A DNA stretch of 64,000 nt from Candidatus Multivoradales bacterium. GTDB taxonomy: Bacteria > Acidobacteriota > Thermoanaerobaculia > Multivoradales > Multivoraceae. Under the pieces are notes generated by a model. The model was not told where the DNA came from. It saw only the letters and a program-made list of their open reading frames with translations, and searched no databases. A program made the translations under genes and the position numbers. The stretch is taken from contig CBDCWI010000002.1 in assembly GCA_965223325.1 (NCBI GenBank), forward strand, positions 2,784,001 through 2,848,000, given 5' to 3'. This document shows positions 55,461-64,000 of the stretch, one piece after another (position 1 is the first letter of the stretch; every line of letters begins with the position of its first letter).

Positions 55461-56705
55461 TCAGGCCGCGCGTTCCTTCAATCGCATCCGCACCGGCATG
55501 TGCTTGATTCCGCCGACGAAGCTCGAACGCAGTCGCTCCATCTCACCGTCCATCTCAACCGACTCCATGCGCCCGAGCAGTCGGGTAAACAGCGCCTTGA
55601 GCTCGGCGCGCGCGATGTGGGCGCCAAGGCAAAGGTGTTCACCAACGCCGAAACCGACGTGCGGGTTGGGGTCACGGTCGATGCGGAAGGAAAAGGGATC
55701 TTCGAAGGCATCTTCGTCGCGGTTGCCAGACGGATAGAAGAGCACCATGTGATCGCCCGCGGCAATGCGCTGGCCGCGCAGCTCAACATCCTGGTTGGGA
55801 GTGCGGCAGAAATGAATCACCGGAGTGACCCAACGAACAATCTCCTCAACCGCGAGATCAATGAGGTCGGGATTCTGTTTCAGCTTTTCCCACTCGCCCG
55901 GATTGTCGATGAAAGCACGCAAACCGCCAGTCGCAGCGTTGCGGGTGGTTTCATTGCCAGCGACGATGAGCACGACCAGATTCGAATAGAGCTCGAAGTC
56001 GGGAATCGGTTGGTCGTCGATGGTGGCATTGGCGAGCGCCGACGTAAGGTCATCGGTCGGTTCGCGGCGCCGTTCTTCGACCATCGTACGGAAGTAGGCC
56101 TGCTGTTCCTGGATGGCCTGCAGGAAGGTCTCGGTTGCCGTGGAGTCAGGCGCCCTGAACTCAGGGTCCCCTGAGCCAATGATCTCGTTCGTCCACGCAA
56201 AGAACTTCTCGCGATCTTCAGGCGGCACACCCATGATGTCGGCAATCACCCAGATCGGAAGGCGCGCTGCGACCTCAGTCACAAAGTCGATCTGCTCGCG
56301 GTCGCCGATCTGGTCGAGAATCTCATCGGCCATCGCTTCGTAGTTGTTGAGCTGCGGGCGCACGGATCGAGGCGTGAAGCGCGAGGACAAGAGACGTCGG
56401 TAGGTCCTGTGGTCGGGAGGATCCATGTTCAACAGGTGCCGGAGCGGACGCTCATACGGATCGCGACCTTCTTCAAGGCGTGTGATGGCGATCAGGGGAG
56501 AGCTTTCGAAGATATCCGGGTCCTTCGAGATGCTGAGGATGTCTTCGCGTTTCGTCACCGCCCAGAAGGGTAGAAAGTGCTCAGCCTCGCAACGCGCGAT
56601 CGGCATCGTTTGCCGGAGCTCACGCCAGGCGTCGTGGGGGTAGCCGTTCTCCTCGTAGAAGATCGGGTCGATGATTTCGGGAGGTGCGAGTGTTGATGTG
56701 GTCAA
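55461..56705 (-). CDS. cytochrome P450 (CYP125/CYP142-like clan)
   Basis: MDPPDH, AGNETT I-helix, EEIVR ExxR, FGVGEHLCLG heme motif; AAGGAGG SD before TTG. Confidence 0.95.
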   Translation of the reverse strand: MTTSTLAPPEIIDPIFYEENGYPHDAWRELRQTMPIARCEAEHFLPFWAVTKREDILSISKDPDIFESSPLIAITRLEEGRDPYERPLRHLLNMDPPDHRTYRRLLSSRFTPRSVRPQLNNYEAMADEILDQIGDREQIDFVTEVAARLPIWVIADIMGVPPEDREKFFAWTNEIIGSGDPEFRAPDSTATETFLQAIQEQQAYFRTMVEERRREPTDDLTSALANATIDDQPIPDFELYSNLVVLIVAGNETTRNAATGGLRAFIDNPGEWEKLKQNPDLIDLAVEEIVRWVTPVIHFCRTPNQDVELRGQRIAAGDHMVLFYPSGNRDEDAFEDPFSFRIDRDPNPHVGFGVGEHLCLGAHIARAELKALFTRLLGRMESVEMDGEMERLRSSFVGGIKHMPVRMRLKERAA

Positions 56706-56765
56706 ACCGGCCTCCTTGGGAGGAGATGATTGGGCGGAGCGTGGCTAGCCGCGACAGCCCTGGAA

Positions 56766-56957
56766 TCACTTCTCGAGCGACAAAGCCTGCCGCGGGCAGC
56801 GGTTGACAGCGTCTTCGAGCTTGGTGAGCAGCGTTTCGGGGGGGTGCTCGTCCAAGACCTTCAGCTCGTCGTGCTCGTCGAGCTTGAAGACTTCCGGACA
56901 AGCGGCCATACAAATGGCGTTGGCTTCACAGAGATCGCGGTCGACGATGACTTTCAA
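56766..56957 (-). CDS. ferredoxin ([3Fe-4S]-type, P450-associated)
   Basis: CEANAIC...CP...CPRQA (CxxNxxC); directly upstream of the P450. Confidence 0.92.
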   Translation of the reverse strand: MKVIVDRDLCEANAICMAACPEVFKLDEHDELKVLDEHPPETLLTKLEDAVNRCPRQALSLEK

Positions 56958-57309
56958 GGAATCCCCTTTCCTTTGACGCATCAAAGCCCATGCGGACAGG
57001 CGGACTGTCATCGTACGAAGAAGACGACCGCCGACAAGATGGGGGAACTACCTAGGTTGATGGTCCTGATCCGCTCGGTCCCGCGCAGACTCCCCCGACT
57101 GTTGGCATTTCAAGCTGAGGGCTGGTCATGCCATCGGACAAACAAGAGCCGTTTCAGTACCCCTGTTCTGGGTGAGTGGGCACCAAAACCTACGATCAGC
57201 CGGCAAGAGTCGCACCAGAAAGCTGCTCTGGCCGGGGCCACGATAAAGTTTCGCCAAGCCCGACATCTCTCCGCATCTGTTCCGGAACAAGCCTCAGGAA
57301 GGAGGCGGC

Positions 57310-58392
57310 ATGCCACATCCGAGCGTCAAACCGTCCGACCAACGGTCACTCAGGCGACCCGTCGTTCTCACTGGAACGGCCCTACTGCTCCTGCACTTCG
57401 GCATTAACGCAGTGCTCGGCCAGTCGGCCGCAACCGTTACGACCACCCTCGAGCGCATGTCCCAGGCGGCGGCGATCTTCCTCAGCACTCTCGATGATCA
57501 GCAGCGCGCCCTCGCTCTCTTTCCGGCAAGCGACGAGGAACGCTTTGTCTATCGCCTGGCACCGCTACCCGACTGGGGCGGCGTACCGCTGGGCGACCTG
57601 CGTCTCGACCAGGCCCTGTTGCTCGACAGCCTTCTGGCCGCCAGCTTGTCGACCGATGGCCTCCTGAAGGCGAACGGCATCATGGCGCTCGAGCAGTATC
57701 TGGTCGACCTCGAGCGCGCCGACGGGCGAAATGTCCCGGTGCACGGCCTCAGTCGCTATTCGGCCGCCTTCTTCGGTGACCCTGCCACCGCGGCGACCTG
57801 GGGCTGGCGACTCCAGGGGCACCACCTTTCGGTCAACTTCCTTGTTAAAGACGGCGAGCTCTACAACGCCGCACCGCATTTCCTCGGAGCGCAACCGCAT
57901 GAGGTCACCGAGGGGCCACGCAGGGGTTGGCACGTCCTCGGCGACGAAGAGCGCCTTGGGCGCGAGCTCTACCTCGCCCTGGGCGAGACACAACGAAGCG
58001 CAGCAACGCTTGCCGGAGGCATGCCCCGCAACGTGCTCTCCGGCGACCAGCGCACCTACGGCCTCGAAAAGCCCGAGGGCCTCCCGTTCACCGAGATGAA
58101 CGAGGCGCAGAAGAAGATCCTCTCCCGACTGATTGAGGAAACCGTCGCCAACGTGCCCGAAGACGTGCGCAAGCGCCGGCAGCGCGCCGTCGACGACGGC
58201 GGCCTCGAAGCCATTCACTTCGCCTGGGCGGGAAGTACCGAAACCGGCCGACCGATGTACTACCGCGTACAGGGGCCAGAGTTTCTGATCGAGTACTGCG
58301 TCACCGCGCCCAATCATGTGCACACGATCTGGCGCGAACGGAACGGCGATTTCGGGCGCGACCTCCTGGGCGAGCATCTAGGCAGCCACTGA
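57310..58392 (+). CDS. DUF3500 domain protein
   Basis: FGDP....WGWRLQGHHLSVN, HFAWAG, YYRVQGP.FLIEY, NHVHTIWR..GDFG. Confidence 0.9.
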   Translation: MPHPSVKPSDQRSLRRPVVLTGTALLLLHFGINAVLGQSAATVTTTLERMSQAAAIFLSTLDDQQRALALFPASDEERFVYRLAPLPDWGGVPLGDLRLDQALLLDSLLAASLSTDGLLKANGIMALEQYLVDLERADGRNVPVHGLSRYSAAFFGDPATAATWGWRLQGHHLSVNFLVKDGELYNAAPHFLGAQPHEVTEGPRRGWHVLGDEERLGRELYLALGETQRSAATLAGGMPRNVLSGDQRTYGLEKPEGLPFTEMNEAQKKILSRLIEETVANVPEDVRKRRQRAVDDGGLEAIHFAWAGSTETGRPMYYRVQGPEFLIEYCVTAPNHVHTIWRERNGDFGRDLLGEHLGSH

Positions 58393-58449
58393 ACCGGTGA
58401 CCACGCCTGAGGAGTGCGCCAGACGCATCACCCCCCACATTTCTGTGGG

Positions 58450-58854
58450 TCACGGTTCGGAGAACCCGGATTCGCGGAGCAGGGCTCGATCGAACGTAGC
58501 CACCTCGCTGCAGCCCGCCTCCACAGAAGCGGCCTGGATCACGTAGTCAGCAAAGTCTGCTCGACTCTCTCGATAGCGATCGAGGGCGCGGCGCAAGCGA
58601 GCGGAGCTGGCGAAGGCCAGATGCCGCGCTCTAAGCAGGGCATCGACCAGATCACAAATGTCAGACCGTGCCACATCGTAGCTTCGCGACAAGACCCAGA
58701 CGAGTTCGCACATCACGACGTCGGACACCCAGGCAGTAGCACCCTCAGCCTGGAGCCTCTCGATGAGACCTTTCGCTCTCGCCGTCTGTTCTTCATCGTC
58801 TTCTACGAGAAGGCGAACAAGAACATTGGTGTCGAGCGCGACGGCTTCGGTCAC
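58450..58854 (-). CDS. vapC: VapC family PIN toxin
   Basis: LDTNVLVR, CELVWVL, ADFADY, TFD. Confidence 0.92.
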   Translation of the reverse strand: MTEAVALDTNVLVRLLVEDDEEQTARAKGLIERLQAEGATAWVSDVVMCELVWVLSRSYDVARSDICDLVDALLRARHLAFASSARLRRALDRYRESRADFADYVIQAASVEAGCSEVATFDRALLRESGFSEP

Positions 58855-59114
58855 GAGTCTGCGGCTCGCTTCGTAGTCTCGTTCGCAGCCTCAGCAATGT
58901 CGCGAGCCATCTGCTCAACGGTCACCCCGCGCCTGCGCGACTTCACGACCCCGACCAGGCTGAGCAGGTCAACGTCCTGGAGTCTTACCTCCACGACTCC
59001 GTCCTCTCTCAGACGGAACTCCAGCCTGTCCCCGGGATCGAGATCCAGGGCGTCCCGTACCGATTTGGGGATCGTGACCTGACCCTTCGATGTGAGCGTC
59101 GACGTCGCCATCAT
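58851..59114 (-). CDS. AbrB/MazE/SpoVT family antitoxin
   Basis: TLTSKGQVTIPKSVRDALDLDPGDRLEF; 4-nt overlap with toxin. Confidence 0.93.
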   Translation of the reverse strand: MMATSTLTSKGQVTIPKSVRDALDLDPGDRLEFRLREDGVVEVRLQDVDLLSLVGVVKSRRRGVTVEQMARDIAEAANETTKRAADS

Positions 59115-59139
59115 CAGTTCCTTTCCGTGAACTGTATTC

Positions 59140-59155
59140 CTTACTCAGCAGTAAG
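59140..59155. promoter_or_regulatory. inverted-repeat operator of TA pair 4
   Basis: CTTACT-CAGC-AGTAAG adjacent to a minus-strand TGaTACTCT extended -10. Confidence 0.6.
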
Positions 59156-59226
59156 AGTATCATCGTCAGTGTTTCGGAAGCGCCAATGCTGTGGGATGCT
59201 GCCGTCCAATCCCGAGAGGCAAGAAC

Positions 59227-60861
59227 GTGGATCTGAACTTCGCCAGATCATTCCTCATGCCGGGCATCATCAGCCTCTGCCTTGCGACGCTTCTGCTCAG
59301 CTGCGCCCAGCGGAATCCTGAGTTCGACGTTCTGATTCAAGGCGCAACGCTCGTCGACCCGGCCACCGAGGAGCTGCGACAAGCGGACCTGGCTGTGCGC
59401 GGCGAGCGCATCGCGGCGATCGGCGACCTCACCGGTCGAACAGCGAAACTCATCGTCCTTGGCACTCGCCTCCACCTCGCGCCAGGCTTCATCGACACCC
59501 ACTCCCACACCGCAGGTGCCTTGGCCAGCGCCGACCGCAGTGCCGCCCCTGCTCTGCTCTACCAGGGTGTCACCACGGTGGTGGTGAACCCAGACGGCCG
59601 CAGCCCACTCGATCTCGAACAACAAAAGCAAGAGCTTCGCGCCCACGGGCTTGGGGTGAACGTCGCACTCTTGATCGGCCACGGAAGCATTCGCGAAAGG
59701 GTTCTCGGAATGGAGGATCGCGCACCAACAGCCGAAGAGCTCGAGACGATGAAAGGGCTCGTCGAGCAGGGCATGGAGGCCGGTGCCGTCGGACTGTCGT
59801 CGGGCCCCTTCTACGCTCCTGGCTCCTTTGCGGAGACGGCTGAACTGGTTGCACTCGCCGCGATCGCCGCGCGGTACAACGGTGTGTACCAAAGTCACAT
59901 TCGCGACGAGTCCAACTACAGCATCGGACTCGAAGCGGCGGTCGAAGAAGTCATCACCGTCGCCGAGCAGGCCGAAGTCACCGGTGTCGTCACCCACATC
60001 AAGGCACTTGGGCCGCCAGTCTGGGGTCGCTCACAAGAGGTGGTCGCAGCGATCGAAAAGGCCCGCAAGCGCGGTGTCTCGGTGTTCGCCGACCAATACC
60101 CCTATCCAGCCTCGGCAACCGGCCTGGCCGCCGCTTTGGTTCCGCGTTGGGCTCAAGCCGGCGGTCACGAGGCATTCCTGGAACGCCTCGAAGACGACTC
60201 GGGAAAGGCTCGAATCGTCGCTGCGATGGCGGAGAACCTGGCGCGTCGCGGTGGCGCTGAACGGATCCAGTTCCAGCAGGCCGGTACCCACGAAGATCTC
60301 GAGGGCAAGACTCTCGCCGCGGTCGCAGAGAAGAACGGCCTCGAGGCGATCGACCAGGCCTTGCTTTTGTTACGAGACGGAGAAGTCCAGATCATCTCCT
60401 TCAACATGAGCGACAACGACGTCGAGCGCTTCATGGCCCAACCGTGGACGATGACAGCCTCCGACGGCGCCTACCCATCCTGGGGCGAGGGAATGCCGCA
60501 CCCTCGAAGCTTCGGAACCTTCCCCAGGCGCCTCAGGCGCTACAGTCTCGACAAGGAAGTGCTACCGCTCGCCCGGACCGTGCGCAGCATGACCACCCTG
60601 CCTGCAGAGGTCTATGGACTGAGCGGTCGCGGAGTTCTCGAGGTCGGCGCGTTCGCGGACCTCGTGCTATTCGACAGCCAACAGATCGAAGACAAAGCGA
60701 CTTTCGAGGAGCCGTACCAACTCGCCGACGGGATTCGCCTGGTGCTGGTCAACGGAGTGCTCGCCCACAGTCACGGAGAAGGCATGCCGCGAACCGGTGA
60801 GGCCGACCCCACTCCCACCCTCGCTGGTCGAATCCTGACCAGGACACCGGCTGGGAACTGA
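59227..60861 (+). CDS. N-acyl-D-amino-acid deacylase (D-aminoacylase) family lipoprotein
   Basis: APGFIDTHSH, GLSSG..YAPG, SHIRDE, THIK, DQYPY, ASDG, HPRSFGTFPR; LLSC lipobox. Confidence 0.92.
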   Translation: MDLNFARSFLMPGIISLCLATLLLSCAQRNPEFDVLIQGATLVDPATEELRQADLAVRGERIAAIGDLTGRTAKLIVLGTRLHLAPGFIDTHSHTAGALASADRSAAPALLYQGVTTVVVNPDGRSPLDLEQQKQELRAHGLGVNVALLIGHGSIRERVLGMEDRAPTAEELETMKGLVEQGMEAGAVGLSSGPFYAPGSFAETAELVALAAIAARYNGVYQSHIRDESNYSIGLEAAVEEVITVAEQAEVTGVVTHIKALGPPVWGRSQEVVAAIEKARKRGVSVFADQYPYPASATGLAAALVPRWAQAGGHEAFLERLEDDSGKARIVAAMAENLARRGGAERIQFQQAGTHEDLEGKTLAAVAEKNGLEAIDQALLLLRDGEVQIISFNMSDNDVERFMAQPWTMTASDGAYPSWGEGMPHPRSFGTFPRRLRRYSLDKEVLPLARTVRSMTTLPAEVYGLSGRGVLEVGAFADLVLFDSQQIEDKATFEEPYQLADGIRLVLVNGVLAHSHGEGMPRTGEADPTPTLAGRILTRTPAGN

Positions 60862-61200
60862 CCAGGCAGTCGGTGCAAGCCGGACGAAGCTCGCTGGCTC
60901 CTGCCAAGTGCTCTCAGGACCCTGCCTACCGCGATACTCTCGAGCTGATCGAGCATCCAGGAGAGCAGACGAAGGGCGAAGCACCAACTGCTCGCTGGTA
61001 GTGAGTCGCTGCAGCCAACCACCAGGGAGGACCAGAGAACGGCAAGACAGGAACCCGACGACCCCTACACCGCCCTCGGTTTTCGACAGAAGGCGGCGGC
61101 TGAGATCCGAGGGAGCTACACTGGTTTGTTCATCGAAAGCCTGCCAGCGACTACCAAGAAACGCCTCTCGCGCACCGCGCAACCACCAGGAGACGGAACC

Positions 61201-61602
61201 CTGAACATCAAGATTCAAGATCTGATGCAGAGCCCGGTACACACTCTGCAACGCCATAACACTGTTGCCGACGCCCGCAAGATGGTCCAGCGAAGGAAGC
61301 TCAGTTCGATTCCCATTACCGGCTCTGACAACGAGCTGCTCGGAATCGTCTCGACGACCGACCTGGTAGGGGACGTCAAGGACGGGACTCCGCTGAGCAA
61401 AGTGATGACCGAGAGGGTCTACTCAGTACCACAGTACAACGACGTTCACATCGCTGCCCGCGTCATGCGCAAGCACGGGATCCACCATGTGGTCGTCACT
61501 CACGAGAAGGCCGTCGTCGGCATCATCAGCTCGTTCGATCTCTTGCAGTTGGTCGAAGACCATCGCTTTACGATGAAGAATGCTCCCAGCAAGCAGAGGT
61601 GA
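61201..61602 (+). CDS. CBS domain pair protein
   Basis: KIQDLM, LLGIVSTTDL, VMT, IHHVVV, VGIISSFDL; AGGAG SD points to a CTG codon at 61201 (start uncertain). Confidence 0.85.
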   Translation: MNIKIQDLMQSPVHTLQRHNTVADARKMVQRRKLSSIPITGSDNELLGIVSTTDLVGDVKDGTPLSKVMTERVYSVPQYNDVHIAARVMRKHGIHHVVVTHEKAVVGIISSFDLLQLVEDHRFTMKNAPSKQR

Positions 61603-61754
61603 TGGAAGCGCTTGTCGAGCACGACATGGAGGCCGGCGCTGTCGGGCTGTCGCCGGGTCCCCTTTCAGGCGCCCGGTTCAGACGCCAGGACTGCAGAGCT
61701 GGTGGCGCTCGCCGAGTGGGCGCCCAGTACGATGGCGTGTGCCAGAGCACACCA
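61602..61754 (+). pseudogene. frameshifted internal fragment of a D-aminoacylase gene
   Basis: MEALVEHDMEAGAVGLSPGP / TAELVALA / YDGVCQS in three segments aligns to MKGLVEQGMEAGAVGLSSGP..TAELVALA..YNGVYQS of 59227-60861. Confidence 0.8.
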
Positions 61755-61773
61755 GGAGCTCTCGAACCCTCGA

Positions 61774-63903
61774 CTACTCGAGGTAGCCGAGGGCTCGCAG
61801 CCGCTTTGTCTCCTCTGCTGAAAGCCGATCCCTTCTGCCCTCCTGGTAGACGTCGGGGCCGCCCGGGTTCAGTTCGCGAGAGAGTCTCTTGAACAGATTT
61901 CCCTCGCAGGGTTCGCTGATCCACTTCCCCTCGCGGAGTCGTTGGCACTCCTCGCCATCACTCCACACCACCCGTCTGCTTTCGAGCAGCTGCTCGCCAT
62001 ACACATGCTCGCCCAACCGCCGGGCCGGATCGAGAACGTGGATTGGCGACACGTGCTCTTCCATGAAGACTCTCTGAACCCGGGCGCTGGTGGTCGACAG
62101 AGGGGCTCCCTCACCTGGTCGCGTCTTCCCAAGGACGTCTAGAACGGTTGGATAGATATCGACGATCGAAGCGAGATGGACGTCTCGATACCCAACCTTC
62201 TGGCCGGGCCAACGAACGACGAGAGGCGCATCAATGAGGGGTGGGTCGAGCCGGTAGCTATGCGTGAGGTGCCGGTACTCACCGAGGCTTTCACCGTGGT
62301 CGGAAGTGATCACGACAAGTGCGTCCTCGAGTAGCCCCCTATCCTCGAGCCCGGACAGCAGCTTCCCAAGCTGAAAGTCCATATAGGCGACTTCGGCAAG
62401 GTACTTGGCGCGCAGCAGCTGCCTCTCTGGCTCAGTGAGATCGGGACTTCCCGTCAAGACCTCCGCCCAGCCGGCTGGGTCGCCAGCTCCGAAGCGCGCC
62501 CACTTCGAGTCAGCGGGAAACTCCGACGCAAGGTCAAACACGCCGAGCGACTCCTCCCAGGGGCGCGGCGCCTGATAGAGGCCGTGGGGGTCAAAGTAGT
62601 TCACGAACAGGAAGATCGGTGACTCGATGTGGCGATCGACTTCTTGCAGCGCTCGATCCGTCACCTCATCGCCACGCATCTCGTGCTCCGCCGGCTGATG
62701 GAACACATCGAAGCCCTGGGCGAGACCAAAGATGGGAGCAACGAGACCACCGCCAGCGACCCCGACCGTGAAGTACCCCTCGCGATCCAGGATCTCGACC
62801 AGCGAGTCGTGATCCGCGGGTAGGCGATCTGAGGTGACGCCACCCCCGTGGCGGGAGGGATAGAGCCCCGTAAAGATGGATGCGTGGCTGGGGATCGTCC
62901 AGGGCGATGTGACGTAGGCCCGATCGAAGACCGCCGCCGAAGCAGCGAACCGTTCGAGATTGGGTGTCAAGCCTGCCGGCCCGTCATAGATCGAAAGAGC
63001 ATCACGACGAGTGGTGTCGAGAGTGACCAGAACGATCGCCGGAAGCGGCTGGTCGACCGCCTCAGGCTCCTGCAGGTTCCACAGAAACAGGCCTAGCTCG
63101 CTCCCGTCCACCTCAACCTGGATCGAGCGAGTCGTTTCGATCACCGGCACCCGAACGGTCACTCGCTCGTACCCCTCTACCCTCCACGCCATTTCGTTCG
63201 ACCCAACGAGTACCTCGAACCGGGCCGGTACGGTCGACAGGTTTGTAAGGTCAAGGTAGATCTCTCGCTGGTCACCCTCCTCGACTGGAAGCGCTCGTCG
63301 CCCGGGTCCAGCGAAAGCCAGGCCCGCCTGCTTCTCCTGCCAGGGGCCCGCAATGCCGTGCTCGATGAAGATGCCCAGTTCTCTGAGTCTTGGAAACTCT
63401 GACTTCAAGAGCTCCTGAACACCCGTTTCGTTCCCAGAACCCAACCTCAGCGCCGCCAGACGTACCGGCGAGTTGGTGTCTTCCGAAAACAGCCGGAGCT
63501 CGTGCCGCCCAACCGTGTTCAGCTGCTCCGGAACCTCTACGGTGAGTAGTTCTTCCGAGAGAGTTGCTGGCAGCTCCTCTTTGTCCCAGGTAGCAACATA
63601 GTTCGACCCGGCACCCGCCACTTGCATCTCGAAGTGAAGGGAGCCTCCCCCCGCCTCGGAAACGATGACGTGAAGCGCACCACCCGGCAAGACCTCGAAG
63701 TACGTCTCGTTTGGGGACTCGCCTGGCGACTCGATCAGGTTCCAGTAGCGATCAAGGGCGAGAAGCACTCGCTCAGAAGAGACGACTTCGCCTTTCAGTT
63801 CTTGGAATCGGGATGCCGGTTGGCGGTCACACGCAAGAAGAATCGCGCTGACGGCTGCGAGCAGGAGCAGCGGCCGGTTCCTGTCAAAAAGCCTGTGAAG
63901 CAT
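61774..63903 (-). CDS. sulfatase-like (alkaline phosphatase superfamily) lipoprotein
   Basis: VTLDTTRRD, WTIPSHASIFTG, FDPH, TSDHGE, H, C-terminal LRALGY; LLAC lipobox; alternative start 63927. Confidence 0.9.
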   Translation of the reverse strand: MLHRLFDRNRPLLLLAAVSAILLACDRQPASRFQELKGEVVSSERVLLALDRYWNLIESPGESPNETYFEVLPGGALHVIVSEAGGGSLHFEMQVAGAGSNYVATWDKEELPATLSEELLTVEVPEQLNTVGRHELRLFSEDTNSPVRLAALRLGSGNETGVQELLKSEFPRLRELGIFIEHGIAGPWQEKQAGLAFAGPGRRALPVEEGDQREIYLDLTNLSTVPARFEVLVGSNEMAWRVEGYERVTVRVPVIETTRSIQVEVDGSELGLFLWNLQEPEAVDQPLPAIVLVTLDTTRRDALSIYDGPAGLTPNLERFAASAAVFDRAYVTSPWTIPSHASIFTGLYPSRHGGGVTSDRLPADHDSLVEILDREGYFTVGVAGGGLVAPIFGLAQGFDVFHQPAEHEMRGDEVTDRALQEVDRHIESPIFLFVNYFDPHGLYQAPRPWEESLGVFDLASEFPADSKWARFGAGDPAGWAEVLTGSPDLTEPERQLLRAKYLAEVAYMDFQLGKLLSGLEDRGLLEDALVVITSDHGESLGEYRHLTHSYRLDPPLIDAPLVVRWPGQKVGYRDVHLASIVDIYPTVLDVLGKTRPGEGAPLSTTSARVQRVFMEEHVSPIHVLDPARRLGEHVYGEQLLESRRVVWSDGEECQRLREGKWISEPCEGNLFKRLSRELNPGGPDVYQEGRRDRLSAEETKRLRALGYLE

Positions 63904-64000
63904 TGAATGCAGGCGCCCACACCTCATGGGAGAAAGCAGCGGGTCGAAAGGTCTTCACGAGGGTACTAGCAGGAGGGGATTGTCCGATCCTTGCCCCTTT

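Noticed and set aside
44400-62000. Integron cassette array explaining the small genes and TA modules
   Set aside because: Mixed gene orientations, genes have their own promoters, no paired RYYYAAC/GTTRRRY attC sites recognised, no integrase

Overview
High-GC bacterial chromosomal window with about 55 CDSs. Acidobacteriota (Thermoanaerobaculia-like) is my inference from an IPTL-CTERM protein, an IFxDGFE-tailed protein and a TITGCL-type small exported protein. The left part is mostly metabolic: msrA, GT9, a Tat oxidoreductase + TRAP operon, an esterase, a citrate synthase / CoA-transferase / HMG-CoA lyase / MFS / carbonic anhydrase cluster with a divergent HTH-citrate synthase fusion, metY-metX and an M16 peptidase. 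The middle holds large exported proteins, an ankyrin protein, pdxH, a sigma54 activator, pfkA, an O-antigen ligase-like gene, an unusual repeat protein and tricorn protease. The right part is a patchwork accessory region with four PIN-type TA pairs, a second nucleotidyltransferase/small-partner pair, hydrolases, P450 + ferredoxin and gene remnants. No rRNA, tRNA, CRISPR array, transposase or integrase was recognised. Most interesting signals: (1) an unannotated Cys/Met-rich leader peptide with antiterminator/terminator in front of metY-metX, a candidate ribosome-mediated sulfur amino acid attenuator; (2) a triple palindromic enhancer plus sigma54 promoter firing into about 300 nt of C/U-rich noncoding DNA (sRNA candidate); (3) a 741-aa protein with a repeated ~120-aa domain and a (DDVDDA)n tail; (4) the HTH-citrate synthase with an ATCAAT operator; (5) a highly structured 600-nt intergenic region at 3637-4234. 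All calls are from motif recognition by eye; no searches were run.
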